From the IMG/VR virus record IMGVR_UViG_3300029288_000082, positions 64,001 to 128,000 of that record: DNA of 64,000 bases; one strand, given 5' to 3'. The stretch's first letter is position 1, and each line of letters begins with the position of its first letter. Shown in pieces: positions 26,597-36,800 of this stretch. Below the pieces are notes generated by a model. It worked only from the letters and a program-made list of their open reading frames with translations, was not told the origin of the DNA and ran no database searches. The stretch is from a virus. Taxonomy: Duplodnaviria > Caudoviricetes. The translations under genes and the position numbers were made by a program.

Positions 26597-28816
26597 CTAC
26601 GCCGCCAGGTTGCTGATCGCCAGCGACCCCAGCGTGATGATCCGGTTGGCGGCCGGCACGAGGTTGCCCTCCGGATCGATATCCGAGGGCCCCGTGATGG
26701 CGATGTTCGTGTAGACCATGCCGACCGCGGCCTCCTCCACCACTCGGTGCAGGTCCGACAGGTACAGCGGCTCGTTGAAGTCGCGGCCCTTCAGCAGCTC
26801 CACGATGGCCGCCCGCGCCTTGGCCGCCTCCTCCTCGTACACGTAGGCTGGCCCAACGAGCAGCTCGACCTCGATCTGGGCCGGCACCAGCGCAGCGGCA
26901 CCGTTTACCACCTGCACCTGCTGCGTGACCTCCTTGATGCCGTCCAGGTACGCCTGGAGTCCCATGATGAGCCCAACCGATGGCGCCACGTAGTTGCCAT
27001 CGGCGTCCAGCGACAGGATGGGCACCTGCACGTAGTTGCTCAGGCAGTCGTCGCTGAACATCTGGGCGATGCGGACGCGCATCGCATCGGTCTTGACCAC
27101 GATGTTGGCCTGCAGATCCTCCGCTTTGCCGTCGATATCCGCTGCCTCAGCGCCCAGCGTGATCACCAGCGTCTGCAAGCTCGTGGCTGCCGCATCCACG
27201 GCCACCTTGATCGCCGGGATCGAGGTGTCCGGCGCCACTGGCGCGTCGTTCGTGAGGGCGTCCAGCGTGGGGTTGAGCAGGGTGCTGACCGTCAAGTCCA
27301 GCATGCCCCCCGCCGCCTGGACCGCGGCCAGGGCCGTCGCCCCCTGCCCCGTAATGCCAGTCGCCTGGCCGATGGCCGACGTCAGCTCATCAAGTACGTG
27401 CGTGCGCGCCGCGCTCGGCGCGAAATTCGCATCATCACTGACGTACGCGTACAAAACCTCCAACGCCGTCTTCTGGTTCGCTGACGTATCGTTGACGACG
27501 GCGATGGCTGTCTCGGCCGTCGTTCCCTGCGCCCGGGCAGCCTGCACGTTGACCTTGGCGCTCGTAACCCATCCCACGAGGCTGTCCGCCCCCAAAGCCC
27601 GCAGATTCTCCAGGGCAGCCATCTGCGCCTGGATCGTGGCCACGTACGTGCTCATGGTGGTGGCCCCGGTGGCCAGATCCGCCTCCAGGGCAGCCACAGC
27701 CGCGACGTACGCTACCAAGTACGCCTCCACATCCTCGACCAGGTTGTTGAAGGTCAGGTCCGCGTAGGTGCCGCGGGGGTTGAACGCGTACGCCTTGGCC
27801 ACCGACCCGTACAATGGGTCCACGAAGCTATTGGACAGGGCGTCGTAGTCCAGGGCCGTGATGGCCGCGCCGCGCGCAGCGAACGACAGCGGGGCCAGGC
27901 GCCGGGCGTGGTCGGTCTCCTCGGGGTCCGTGCCGCCCGTAGGGGCCACCTCGTGGTCCACCTCGAACGTGACCTCGGCCCCGCCAATGGAGAGCACGTC
28001 GATGCTGCTGCTGATGCTGTGCGCCTTGGGCTCGTTGCCCTTGATCCCGTCGATCACGACGAAGCGGAGCTTGACCTCCGCACCCGTAGGCGGGATGGCG
28101 CCCGCGATGCCATCGCCGAACCGCACGAGGGGCGGCTGCGCCGTGTAGTCCACCTCGAACTGCTCGTCGTTGGCGTAGGTGAGGAAGGTGCGCTCCTCCC
28201 ACTCCAAGCCGTCCACCCAGGCTTCCACGCTCAGATCAGCCAGGTAGCGATCCTCGGGCACGCTCGACAGCGGGTAGGTCTGGTTGGCCGCCCCGTTCGC
28301 CGTGAACGTCAGCAGGAACGTGTCGCCCTGGCGCACGCTCACTGTCCGCTGGGTTCCTGGAGCCAACGCCAGGGGCTCAACGAGCGCCGCGTAGGACTCG
28401 TAGACGAGCCCCGCCGGCCCCTGGTACCGCCACCGCGCGGGCATCGTGAAGGGCCCCGTGGTGCCATCGGGGAAGGTCAGCGAGAGTTCCACGCTGGCCG
28501 CCGCGGCCGGACGCATCTTGTAGCCCAGCTGCCGCACGATCCTGTTCGCGGCGCTCGGCGTGCGGGCTGTCTCCAGGAAGCAGTCCGACGCCGTCCGGTC
28601 CAGGTACCACTGGAGCTGCGCCGTGGCGTAGGCCATCATCTCGATGAGCATGATGCCCTGCGTCGTAGTGGCGTAGTCGTTGTACACCGTGGTATAGACC
28701 GCCTTCAGCCGCCGCAGCAAGTCGTCGAAGATCGACGCGTAGTCGCGGGCCGCGTACTTCACCGTGTTGAGCGGCGCCCGGTCAGCTACCAGCGGCTCGT
28801 ATGGATCGGTTGCCAT
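26597..28816 (-). CDS. Baseplate J-like / T4 gp6-like wedge protein
   Basis: YAARDY, FLETART, LGYK, FGDG..G.IP, GG.DPE, AIT..DY motifs. Confidence 0.85.
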   Translation of the reverse strand: MATDPYEPLVADRAPLNTVKYAARDYASIFDDLLRRLKAVYTTVYNDYATTTQGIMLIEMMAYATAQLQWYLDRTASDCFLETARTPSAANRIVRQLGYKMRPAAAASVELSLTFPDGTTGPFTMPARWRYQGPAGLVYESYAALVEPLALAPGTQRTVSVRQGDTFLLTFTANGAANQTYPLSSVPEDRYLADLSVEAWVDGLEWEERTFLTYANDEQFEVDYTAQPPLVRFGDGIAGAIPPTGAEVKLRFVVIDGIKGNEPKAHSISSSIDVLSIGGAEVTFEVDHEVAPTGGTDPEETDHARRLAPLSFAARGAAITALDYDALSNSFVDPLYGSVAKAYAFNPRGTYADLTFNNLVEDVEAYLVAYVAAVAALEADLATGATTMSTYVATIQAQMAALENLRALGADSLVGWVTSAKVNVQAARAQGTTAETAIAVVNDTSANQKTALEVLYAYVSDDANFAPSAARTHVLDELTSAIGQATGITGQGATALAAVQAAGGMLDLTVSTLLNPTLDALTNDAPVAPDTSIPAIKVAVDAAATSLQTLVITLGAEAADIDGKAEDLQANIVVKTDAMRVRIAQMFSDDCLSNYVQVPILSLDADGNYVAPSVGLIMGLQAYLDGIKEVTQQVQVVNGAAALVPAQIEVELLVGPAYVYEEEAAKARAAIVELLKGRDFNEPLYLSDLHRVVEEAAVGMVYTNIAITGPSDIDPEGNLVPAANRIITLGSLAISNLAA

Positions 28817-28854
28817 GGCGATCTTACCATTTCACAAACAGGACGAGATGCCGC

Positions 28855-28883
28855 TTGACATTCGCCCCAACGTGACCCATATT
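28855..28883 (+). promoter_or_regulatory. Promoter of RHH-tnpB element, probably leaderless
   Basis: TTGACA-17 nt-CATATT, 7 nt before ATG 28891. Confidence 0.6.
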
Positions 28884-28890
28884 GTCTCCT

Positions 28891-29025
28891 ATGAGACGCG
28901 AAAACTTCAAGGTCAACCTGGATCCCGACTTGGCCGCCTGGCTCCGCGCCGAGGCCGCCCGCCGCCGCTGCTCCTTCTCGCAGGTCGTGCGGGAACTCAT
29001 CGCCGCCGCCATGGCCCAAAAATGA
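28891..29025 (+). CDS. Ribbon-helix-helix (CopG-like) protein, 44 aa
   Basis: Manual translation MRRENFKVNLDPDLAAWLRAEAARRRCSFSQVVRELIAAAMAQK; stop overlaps tnpB ATG. Confidence 0.75.
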   Translation: MRRENFKVNLDPDLAAWLRAEAARRRCSFSQVVRELIAAAMAQK

Positions 29026-30218
29026 TCCTGGCCCAGCGCATCCGGCTCGCCCCCAACAACGTCCAGGCGAGCTTCCTGGAGCGCTGCGCCGGTGCGGCCC
29101 GCTTCACCTACAACTGGGGCCTGGCCCGCTGGCAGGAAATCCACGCCGTCGGCGGCACGCCCTCCTGGCGCACCCTCAACGCCGAGATCAACGCCCGGAA
29201 GGACCGCGACCTGGGGTGGCTCCGCGATCTTCCATGGGCCGTCCCCAACACCGCCCTCGCCGACCTCGGGCGCGCCTTCGGCCACTTCTTCCGGCGGGTG
29301 AAGGCCGGCCAGCGCCCCGGCTACCCGCGCTTCAAGGCCAAGAAACGCTGCACCCCCGCCTTCGCCATCGAGGGCCGCGCGATCCACTTCGACGGCCGCC
29401 GCGTGCACCTCCCCAAGCTCGGCTGGGTGCGTACCCGCCAGCCCCCCCGCTTCCCCGGCCGCGTGCTGAGCGCACGCTTCTCGAAACACGCCGGCCACTG
29501 GGACCTCGCTATCCAAGTCGAGATCGACGAAACCCGCTGGACCTACCCCCACCGCTGCGAAACCCAAGCAGCGGTCGGCGTGGACCTCGGCGTGGTCGAC
29601 CTCGCCGTGCTCTCCACCGGCGAACACGTCCCGGCCCCCCGCAGCCTGCGGCACCACGCCGCCCAACTCCGGAGGTTGAACAAGGAACTGTCCCGCCGCA
29701 CCCGCGGCGGCCAGAACTGGCAGAAAACGAAGGCGAAGCTCGGGCTCCTGCACGAGCACATTGCCCACGTGCGGCACGCCGCCACCCACGCGCTGACCGC
29801 CTCCCTCGTCCACCACTTCCGCTGGATCGGCATCGAGGACCTGCACGTCGCCGCGATGATGCGAGGAAGGCTCGCCACCTCCCTCCAGGATGCCGCGATG
29901 GCCGAGGTTCGCCGTCAACTCGCTTACAAGGCGCCCCTCGCCGGGAGCACCGTGGTCGTCGCCGACCGCTTCTACCCGAGCAGCAAGACGTGCGCCACCT
30001 GCGGCGTCATCTACGCCGACCTCGCCCTGAACGAGCGCCGGTGGACCTGCGAAAGCTGCGGGGCCGAGCACGACCGCGACGAGAACGCCGCCGAGAACCT
30101 GTACCAATTGGCCGCCGCCCAGGCGGTGACAGCCTGCCGCCACGAGAGCGCTGGCGCCCTTCGGGACGCGCAACTCTCGCTTGGGCAGGAATCGGGCCAC
30201 GCTGTTAGCTTCGGTTAG
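29022..30218 (+). CDS. tnpB: RNA-guided nuclease TnpB
   Basis: GVDLG, IEDL, DRDENAA RuvC triad; CATC/CESC zinc finger; N-terminal ARFTYNW. Confidence 0.93.
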   Translation: MILAQRIRLAPNNVQASFLERCAGAARFTYNWGLARWQEIHAVGGTPSWRTLNAEINARKDRDLGWLRDLPWAVPNTALADLGRAFGHFFRRVKAGQRPGYPRFKAKKRCTPAFAIEGRAIHFDGRRVHLPKLGWVRTRQPPRFPGRVLSARFSKHAGHWDLAIQVEIDETRWTYPHRCETQAAVGVDLGVVDLAVLSTGEHVPAPRSLRHHAAQLRRLNKELSRRTRGGQNWQKTKAKLGLLHEHIAHVRHAATHALTASLVHHFRWIGIEDLHVAAMMRGRLATSLQDAAMAEVRRQLAYKAPLAGSTVVVADRFYPSSKTCATCGVIYADLALNERRWTCESCGAEHDRDENAAENLYQLAAAQAVTACRHESAGALRDAQLSLGQESGHAVSFG

Positions 30219-30243
30219 CATCGTTTTAGTCCCGAATGGGATG

Positions 30244-30672
30244 TCATCCACCTGCCAGCGGCAGCGTCACCTGCGTCTGCTGGGTCTGCGGCTGTCCCAC
30301 CCTGCGGTACAGCACGTCCACGATGATCGCTGTCTCTACCCCGTCCGCCTTCTCGCTCAGGCGCGAGTCCACGGCCAGCACCTCCGCCTGCGGCACGAAG
30401 GTCTCGATCGCCTGCGTCACCTCGCTGGCGACGCGCGCTTGCAACAGCGGAGTCATGTTGTTGAAGATCAGCCGGTGGATGTTCACCCCCATGTCCGCAT
30501 GCATCAGCCGCTCGTTCGTCCCCGTCAGCATCAGCGCCACGATCGAGCAGAACAGCGCCGCATCCGGGTCCGCCAGCGCCGGGAACCCCTCCTTCCCCAA
30601 CTGGAAGGGGAACGCGAAGGTCTTGACGACCTGCGCATCGGAGACGGGCGGTGGCGCGTTGACCGTCGGCAT
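30244..30672 (-). CDS. Baseplate wedge protein gp25/gpW-like
   Basis: FAFPF, T..NERLM..DMG, AIETFVP pattern. Confidence 0.8.
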   Translation of the reverse strand: MPTVNAPPPVSDAQVVKTFAFPFQLGKEGFPALADPDAALFCSIVALMLTGTNERLMHADMGVNIHRLIFNNMTPLLQARVASEVTQAIETFVPQAEVLAVDSRLSEKADGVETAIIVDVLYRRVGQPQTQQTQVTLPLAGG

Positions 30673-30719
30673 CTTCCTACCCTATCACGCCAGCGCGCGA
30701 AAGGCACGCTGCTGGACCA

Positions 30720-30735
30720 GCGAACACGTGTGCGC
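30720..30735. repeat. 16-bp palindromic site, copy 5
   Basis: GCGAACACGTGTGCGC. Confidence 0.9.
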
Positions 30736-30738
30736 CGA

Positions 30739-31080
30739 TCAGTCGAGGGGGCATCCTGGCATCTCCGGTAGGCCCGGCAGCCCCGGGATCGCCGGGATCG
30801 GCAACCCGGGGATGGGAATCGCCAGCTTCAGCGTCGGCAACCCCAGCGACAGCCCCACACTTGGGAGCCCTGGCAGCCCTGGCAGCCCCGGGGGGGACGG
30901 GAGCGCGAACGGCAGCCCCGGCACCGGGATCGCCAGCGTCAGGGAGGGCAGCCCCAGCGACACGCCAAAGGACGGGAGGCTGGGCAGCCCTGGCAGCCCC
31001 GGGATCGCCGGGATCGGTAGCCCGGGCACGGGGATCGCCAGCGCCAGCGTGGGCGGCGTCGGGATCCGGCAGTTCGACAT
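30739..31080 (-). CDS. Pro/Leu/Gly-rich triple-repeat protein after the spike gene
   Basis: Three L.LAIP.PGLP...PGLPGLP units, Cys near each terminus, AAGGAG RBS. Confidence 0.65.
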   Translation of the reverse strand: MSNCRIPTPPTLALAIPVPGLPIPAIPGLPGLPSLPSFGVSLGLPSLTLAIPVPGLPFALPSPPGLPGLPGLPSVGLSLGLPTLKLAIPIPGLPIPAIPGLPGLPEMPGCPLD

Positions 31081-31095
31081 GGATGCGCTCCTTCG

Positions 31096-32076
31096 TCATG
31101 CGACGTACACCTTGGTCGACAGCTCCTTGCCCATCGTAGGCGGTGGCTGCGCCCCGGGGGCCACCGGGCTCCCCGGCGTTGGCGTCCCGATGAGGTGGCC
31201 CGCTGCGCCATGGGTGATGGCCCAGATCATGAGCTTAGTCCCCAGCACAGCGGGCTCGCTCGCCCCCTTGCCCAACATGACCGTGCCCGCGTTAGCCGCG
31301 AACTGCTGCGAGCAGTCGGCGACCACGTTGTCCCCCGTGATCGTGATGTTCTTGCCGTCGATGCCGATGGCCCCGCCGCTCTTCGTGGCCAGCGTGATCT
31401 TGTCGTCGCCCAGCATCAGCAGCGACGTGACCTCCTGCTGGTCGTTGGCGGTCATGATGCTGGTCTCCGCCTTCGTAGCGCTCATGAAGATCGTGCTACC
31501 GTTCTGGTTTTCGATCTGCACCGCGCCGTCCTTGTCCATCGCCAGGAAGACCGGGCTGGGCGCCCCCGCCCCGTCGCCCTTGCACAGCATGATGTGGAGA
31601 TCCTCGGGGTCGTCCGACATGCGCAGGAAGTGACCCGCGCGCGTGCGGATGCCCTTCCGCAACGCACCCTCCGCATCAAAGGTGTCGCTGGCTTTCTCCG
31701 CGATGAGGTAGCCCCCCATGTAGACGGGAAATTCCGGGTCGCCGTGCTGGAACTGCATCCATACCGCCGCGCCGACATCCGGCGGGTGGAACAGTCCGCT
31801 CACCTGCTTGGTTTCCGGGTCCACCGCCAGCCCCGGCATGCATGGCCAGGCCCACCACCCCTTCCCCACCTGATCGGGGCGCCGCACGCCAACGGCGGGG
31901 CACAGCGCTTGAATGCGGCCCCGGTTGTCCGGGTCGGCGTTGTTCACCACCGTGCCGGGGTAGATGCCGTAGTAGCGCTTGGCGAACCCCTCGATTCCAA
32001 TGCGCGCCAGCGTATCACACAGCCACCCGATCGGGTCCAACCGGCGCCTGTTCGCATCTGGGCGGTTCCCTAACAT
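31096..32076 (-). CDS. Baseplate central spike (gp5/gpV/VgrG-like OB fold)
   Basis: YYGIYPGTVVNNADPDNRGR, WAWPC, PDVGAAVWMQFQHGDPEFP. Confidence 0.85.
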   Translation of the reverse strand: MLGNRPDANRRRLDPIGWLCDTLARIGIEGFAKRYYGIYPGTVVNNADPDNRGRIQALCPAVGVRRPDQVGKGWWAWPCMPGLAVDPETKQVSGLFHPPDVGAAVWMQFQHGDPEFPVYMGGYLIAEKASDTFDAEGALRKGIRTRAGHFLRMSDDPEDLHIMLCKGDGAGAPSPVFLAMDKDGAVQIENQNGSTIFMSATKAETSIMTANDQQEVTSLLMLGDDKITLATKSGGAIGIDGKNITITGDNVVADCSQQFAANAGTVMLGKGASEPAVLGTKLMIWAITHGAAGHLIGTPTPGSPVAPGAQPPPTMGKELSTKVYVA

Positions 32077-32079
32077 GAT

Positions 32080-33456
32080 CTACTCCGGCACCTGTCCCGC
32101 GGGCGTCGTCTTCTTTTCGCCCTCTGGATCTACGCCGCCAGCCCCCTGGCGCATGACGGTCAGGCTCATCTCGTAGCTGCCCGGCCCCCACGTGTGGGTC
32201 GCCTTCTGCACAAGGTAGGGGCCGTTGTAGATCTCGCCGGCCCCCGCGAGGTTGACGTACATGCCCGGGATCACCCAGGGCAAGCCCAGCGACGTGATGA
32301 CGCCCTGCTGCGCTGGGTTCCCAGCCGTTTGCCGCCAATCCGCAACGTTCTGAGCGCGGCTCGCTCCTGCTGCTCCAGGAGGCATGGGCTCACTCGCGTA
32401 AACAGCTGGCGTGCCATCCTGCTTGACGCCGTCTCCGATCAGTTCTCCACCTCCCTCATCTGCGAGGGACAAATCCTGCTGGATCGCCGGCAACGACCCA
32501 GCCGTCGCCACCTGCTGCTCCTCTGGCAGCGCAACCTTCTCCACAACCTTTCCCGTGTCCTGATCGATGTAGGCGATCAGCACACCCTTGCCTGCTTGAT
32601 CATCCCCACCAACCAGCCACGTCGCGCTCGCCCCTCCCCCTTCCGGGGCCCAACTCAGGCACGGGAAGGTGGACGTAGACAAGTCCACGACCCCGCGCAA
32701 GCGAAATGTCGGCCGCGGCAACGTAGACGGATCCGCCTTAGATCCGGTCGCAGCCTGCTTGATGAACCCGAGCGACACCTCCAGCTCAGTAGCAACGTAG
32801 ACCGTGTTGATCCGCGAGCTAGGATCTGTTACGTCCGGCCCGATCCAGTAGGTCAGGTTCATGAGAGCGCAGATCCGCTTGATCGCTTCCCAAGCCGTCA
32901 GCCTCGCATACGCCAGCGGGTGCCACATCGTTTTGAACGATGCGAAGGAGTCCGGGTCATATGACGCAGCAATCTGACACGCATCCAGCGCCCCAGGAGA
33001 AAGCGCGGGCAGCAGACCCATCGCCGCGATGCACTTCTCCAGCATGCTCTTCGGCGACTGGTCCAGCACGACCAGCTCCTTCGAGATTGTGTAGTGCGCC
33101 CCCTCCGCTGTCACCTGCACGGTGATCTGGCCCGACAGGCCGTTCGCGTCCAACGTGAGGCCATCGCCCCCAGCCTTCAGGAATCCCCCGAACCACGGCG
33201 TCCACCAGTCGGGCCGCGATGCGTACCCGATGCGCGCCTGCGCGTGCATGCCAATGGCAAACGGCGTGTCGCTCCCCAGCATCGCGATCGCCTCGTCGTA
33301 CGGCGCATCGAACGTGAGCTGCAAGGTGGCCGTCCGGCCAAACTCGTACAGCATCGCGACGCCCGTCAGGAACGGCGCGCTCGGGGGCGCAAAGATCCAC
33401 TCCCTGCCCGATTTTGGGCTCTTGAACCGAACCTGCGCCACGGGATCGGTGAACAT
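32080..33456 (-). CDS. Baseplate hub protein (gp27/gpD-like)
   Basis: C-terminal G.P...PG..V...G.G..YNG.Y.V....H motif; synteny. Confidence 0.7.
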   Translation of the reverse strand: MFTDPVAQVRFKSPKSGREWIFAPPSAPFLTGVAMLYEFGRTATLQLTFDAPYDEAIAMLGSDTPFAIGMHAQARIGYASRPDWWTPWFGGFLKAGGDGLTLDANGLSGQITVQVTAEGAHYTISKELVVLDQSPKSMLEKCIAAMGLLPALSPGALDACQIAASYDPDSFASFKTMWHPLAYARLTAWEAIKRICALMNLTYWIGPDVTDPSSRINTVYVATELEVSLGFIKQAATGSKADPSTLPRPTFRLRGVVDLSTSTFPCLSWAPEGGGASATWLVGGDDQAGKGVLIAYIDQDTGKVVEKVALPEEQQVATAGSLPAIQQDLSLADEGGGELIGDGVKQDGTPAVYASEPMPPGAAGASRAQNVADWRQTAGNPAQQGVITSLGLPWVIPGMYVNLAGAGEIYNGPYLVQKATHTWGPGSYEMSLTVMRQGAGGVDPEGEKKTTPAGQVPE

Positions 33457-33459
33457 GCG

Positions 33460-33825
33460 TCAGCTTCCCTGCGGGAGGAGCTTGCGCTCCACCCACTCCC
33501 GCCGAGGGATCTTCAGGAGGCGCCCCACGTACAACTGCACGTCCGGCAGGTCCATGCCGTTGCGTGCCGCGATGACCCACCCGCGATCGCTGCGGCTGTA
33601 GTAGCGCAGCGACAGGATGTCCAGCCGCATGCTGGGGCTGTCCACGACGTAGTCGTCCTCGTTCTCGGTCACCCCCTCCCAGGAAGGCATGACGAACGGC
33701 TCGCGGAACCGCACGGGGGATCCCACCTCCAGGTCCCACACCACCGCCTCCGCCATGAAGCGCATCGGCGATCCAGCGTCCGCCGTGAGCACGCGCGCGG
33801 GGATGGTCGGGGTCGGCGCAGGCAT
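33460..33825 (-). CDS. LysM-like baseplate protein (gp53/tail X-like)
   Basis: RLDILSLRYY...WVIAARN...G..LKIP. Confidence 0.75.
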   Translation of the reverse strand: MPAPTPTIPARVLTADAGSPMRFMAEAVVWDLEVGSPVRFREPFVMPSWEGVTENEDDYVVDSPSMRLDILSLRYYSRSDRGWVIAARNGMDLPDVQLYVGRLLKIPRREWVERKLLPQGS

Positions 33826-33828
33826 TGA

Positions 33829-36800
33829 TCAGCCTCCCAGTACAACCTCTCCACCCGACCCAACCTTGCCGCGGGTGATGAGGTCGCTCTTCGCGATGGT
33901 TTCCGTGTTCGCGCGGATCTTGTCCAGGATCGCGCGCTGCTTCGCGCTCTCGTTGATGATGGCCATGGTCACCCCGGCCATCCCGGGGATGTTCAGCATG
34001 GCGCGCATCTGGGCCTTCACGTCCTCGGTTTTTCCCTCCACCGTCACCGTGCTCTGGAGCGACCCGCCGAAGTCGCGCATCATCATGTTCGCCACGTCTG
34101 CCAGCAAGCTCTTCTTCCGCGCCAACTCCTCCATCTTGGCCTTGTAGGCGTCGAACGTCGCGTACACCGAGGCGTCCAGGGTGTCGTTCACCGCCTGGGT
34201 CACCAGATCCACGCTCGTCGTGATCCCGCTAGCGAAAGACTCCATCAGCGCCATGCCAGCGTTGAACGCCGGATCAGCCGGTCCTCCAGCTCCAACGTTT
34301 GCCAATGGTCCGTCCAGAATCGGAGAATGTGACGTCAGGCGATCCGCCACCGTCTGCGCAGCGATATCCGCTCCCTTTACCATCGCATCAATGCTCGGCT
34401 GTTCAGTCATGCCACCGGCGAACCCCAGGCTGACTTCTGCACCGGCATTCATCGCGCCCACCGCTGCCTGCCCGAACGCCTCGCTCACCTTCTGCGCGGC
34501 AGCCTGCGCTGCAAGCTGCGCCTGCGATTCCACGTTGGTCAACCGCTGCTGGGCCTCCTCCATCTGGATCTTCGCCTCGGCCCGGACCTCTTCCTGGCGG
34601 ATGATCAAGTCCATGGCCTTCTTCACACCGACCGTCAGCGCATCGTCCTTGATGCCAGCAGCACCGGCTGACTTCGTGATCTGCGCCTGTACCCCCTTCA
34701 AGACGGCAGACGCCTTCGCTGCCTCCGTCTCGGCTTGCGTCAGCGCCGATAGCCCTTCTGGTGTAGTAATGTCCTTCCCCTGCAACCCCGACAGGGCCTT
34801 CTTGGCTTCCGCTTCCTGGTGAGCAGCCACTGACAACTTGTCCGCCTGCGCCTGCCACCCAGCCATCCACTTCTGTTCACGCTCGACCTGTTTCTTACCC
34901 TTCTTCTCGCCCGCGATGTCCGCGCCAGTGCCGATGCCAAACGCCTCCAGCGCGCCCGTTGCAGCCACCCCCTGCCCTTCCACCATCGCTGTCCAATTCT
35001 TCTTGTGCTTTTCAAACCCTTCCTTCACCTGCGCAAGACGGTCTTGCATATCCTTGGCCCGCTCTGATGCAAGTTTCGCTTCTAATTCTTTTCCCTTCTT
35101 CTCTGCGTACTCTGGATATGCCAACTGCAATACAATATCCTGCAACCCAACAGACACTTCCTGGATGAACTTCTGCACCTTCAGCGCGAACCCGTGGATG
35201 TAGTTGCGCATCGACTCCAGCATGTTGGAGAAGTACCGCGAGATCGAGACATCGCCTTCCTGGGATGCCTGATCCATTCCGCTTCCAAACATACCAGCAA
35301 TGGTCTGTGTCAACCCTACTGTGCTCACTCCGGCGATCCGGATTGCTCCCTCTCCAGCGGTCATGATGCTATCACGAGCACGTCCAATCCATTTGGCCGT
35401 GGTCGTTGCCCACGATGTATCCAATTCAGCCGAATCGAACGTCGCCAGTTCATTCAAAGCCGCTTTGCGGTACTCTACGCTCTGAAGCGCGATCTGCTGC
35501 GACACCGCCGTAGACGCGCGGATACCGTTGGCGATGCCACTCACCAGCGATGATCCAGCGTCCTCCCCGGCACCCTCCAGGTTTATGTCTTTTACCAAAG
35601 ACTTCGACTTTTTTACCGCATGCTCCATCCCATCATCGAAGTTATTCTTGAAGTTGTACCACCAGTCTTCGATGGCCCATCCTGCGTCCTGCAACCCCTC
35701 CTTCACGTTGAGTTTGAACTCGCTGAACTCGGGGTCCTTCTGCAACCCATCCCACCACCCCTTGATGCTGTCGCCCATCCCGGAGAAGCTGTCCTTCACG
35801 TCCTCCCACGTCCATGAGTCCCACCACTCCGAAACGCTGTCCACGACCTCCTTGCCCAGCCCCCACAGCATCTTGCCCAGGCCCTTGGCCGCCTCCCAGA
35901 TGGCGCCCCCCAGGTTCTCGATGAACTTGGTCCCAGCCTTCCCAAGCTCCCCTTCTGCTTCCTTGCCAGTGATCCACCCCCAGATGGCCTTGGGGATGAA
36001 CGTGAGTGCATTCCACACGAAGCTACCGATGCTCTTTCCCACCTGCGCCCAATCGATCTTGGCCAGAAAATCGCGGATCTTTCCCGCAAGTCCTCCCACC
36101 CAATCGAGTGCTTTGGAAAAGACCTTACCCAGGTCCATCCCCCTCTTGGAAAGCATCTTTATGCCGACCACGACGCCGCCAATCACTAACCCGATGAGTC
36201 CTAGCTTTCCAATGAATCCACCCAGTCCCCGTGTGAGCAATCCACCCGGCCCAGTCAGGATGGACAACTGGCCGAACAACGACATGACTGGCCCCGCCGA
36301 CGTTGCCACCGACCCCAACGCCGATCCTGCCAGCTCAACGATGGCCGAGAACTTGGCCATCTCCTTGTTGGACCCCTCCAAGTCCATGATCAACCCTCTG
36401 AACCCCAGCTGGTTCGCCGCCGACAGCCGCTTGATCAGCGGCCCCCATGTCTCGTCCGACGCCAGCTGCTTGGTCTGCGCTGCCACCTCGTTGTAGGCCC
36501 GCCCCATGTCTCCCACGAACCGCACCACGTCCTTGCGGGCGATAGCCCGGAACTTGGTCTCGAAGCTGGACTTCATGAGGTCCATCGACTCCTGGAGCGT
36601 GCGGCCCGTGCTGAACGCCTGGTTGGCGTAGTCCTTCAGCGAGAACTTGCCATCCGACGTGATCTTGCTGACCCGCTCCAGCGCCTTGGCGCCAGAATCC
36701 CCGCGCTGCGCGAGGTACCCCAGCCCGTTCGCCGCCTCGCCCAGCGCCCCGCTGAGTTCAGACAGCATGGCCTGCTGCTGCGCACCACCCGTGCCGAAGC

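Larger units (their letters stand above)
28827..30239 (+). mobile_element. Non-autonomous RHH-tnpB element (IS607/IS605-related), antisense within the baseplate operon
   Basis: Opposite strand to flanking genes; ends CCATT...AATGG; no transposase; boundaries inferred. Confidence 0.7.

Noticed and set aside
28764-29021. N-terminal extension of TnpB from 28764
   Set aside because: It overlaps the baseplate gene start, the promoter and the RHH ORF; TnpB similarity begins at ATG 29022.
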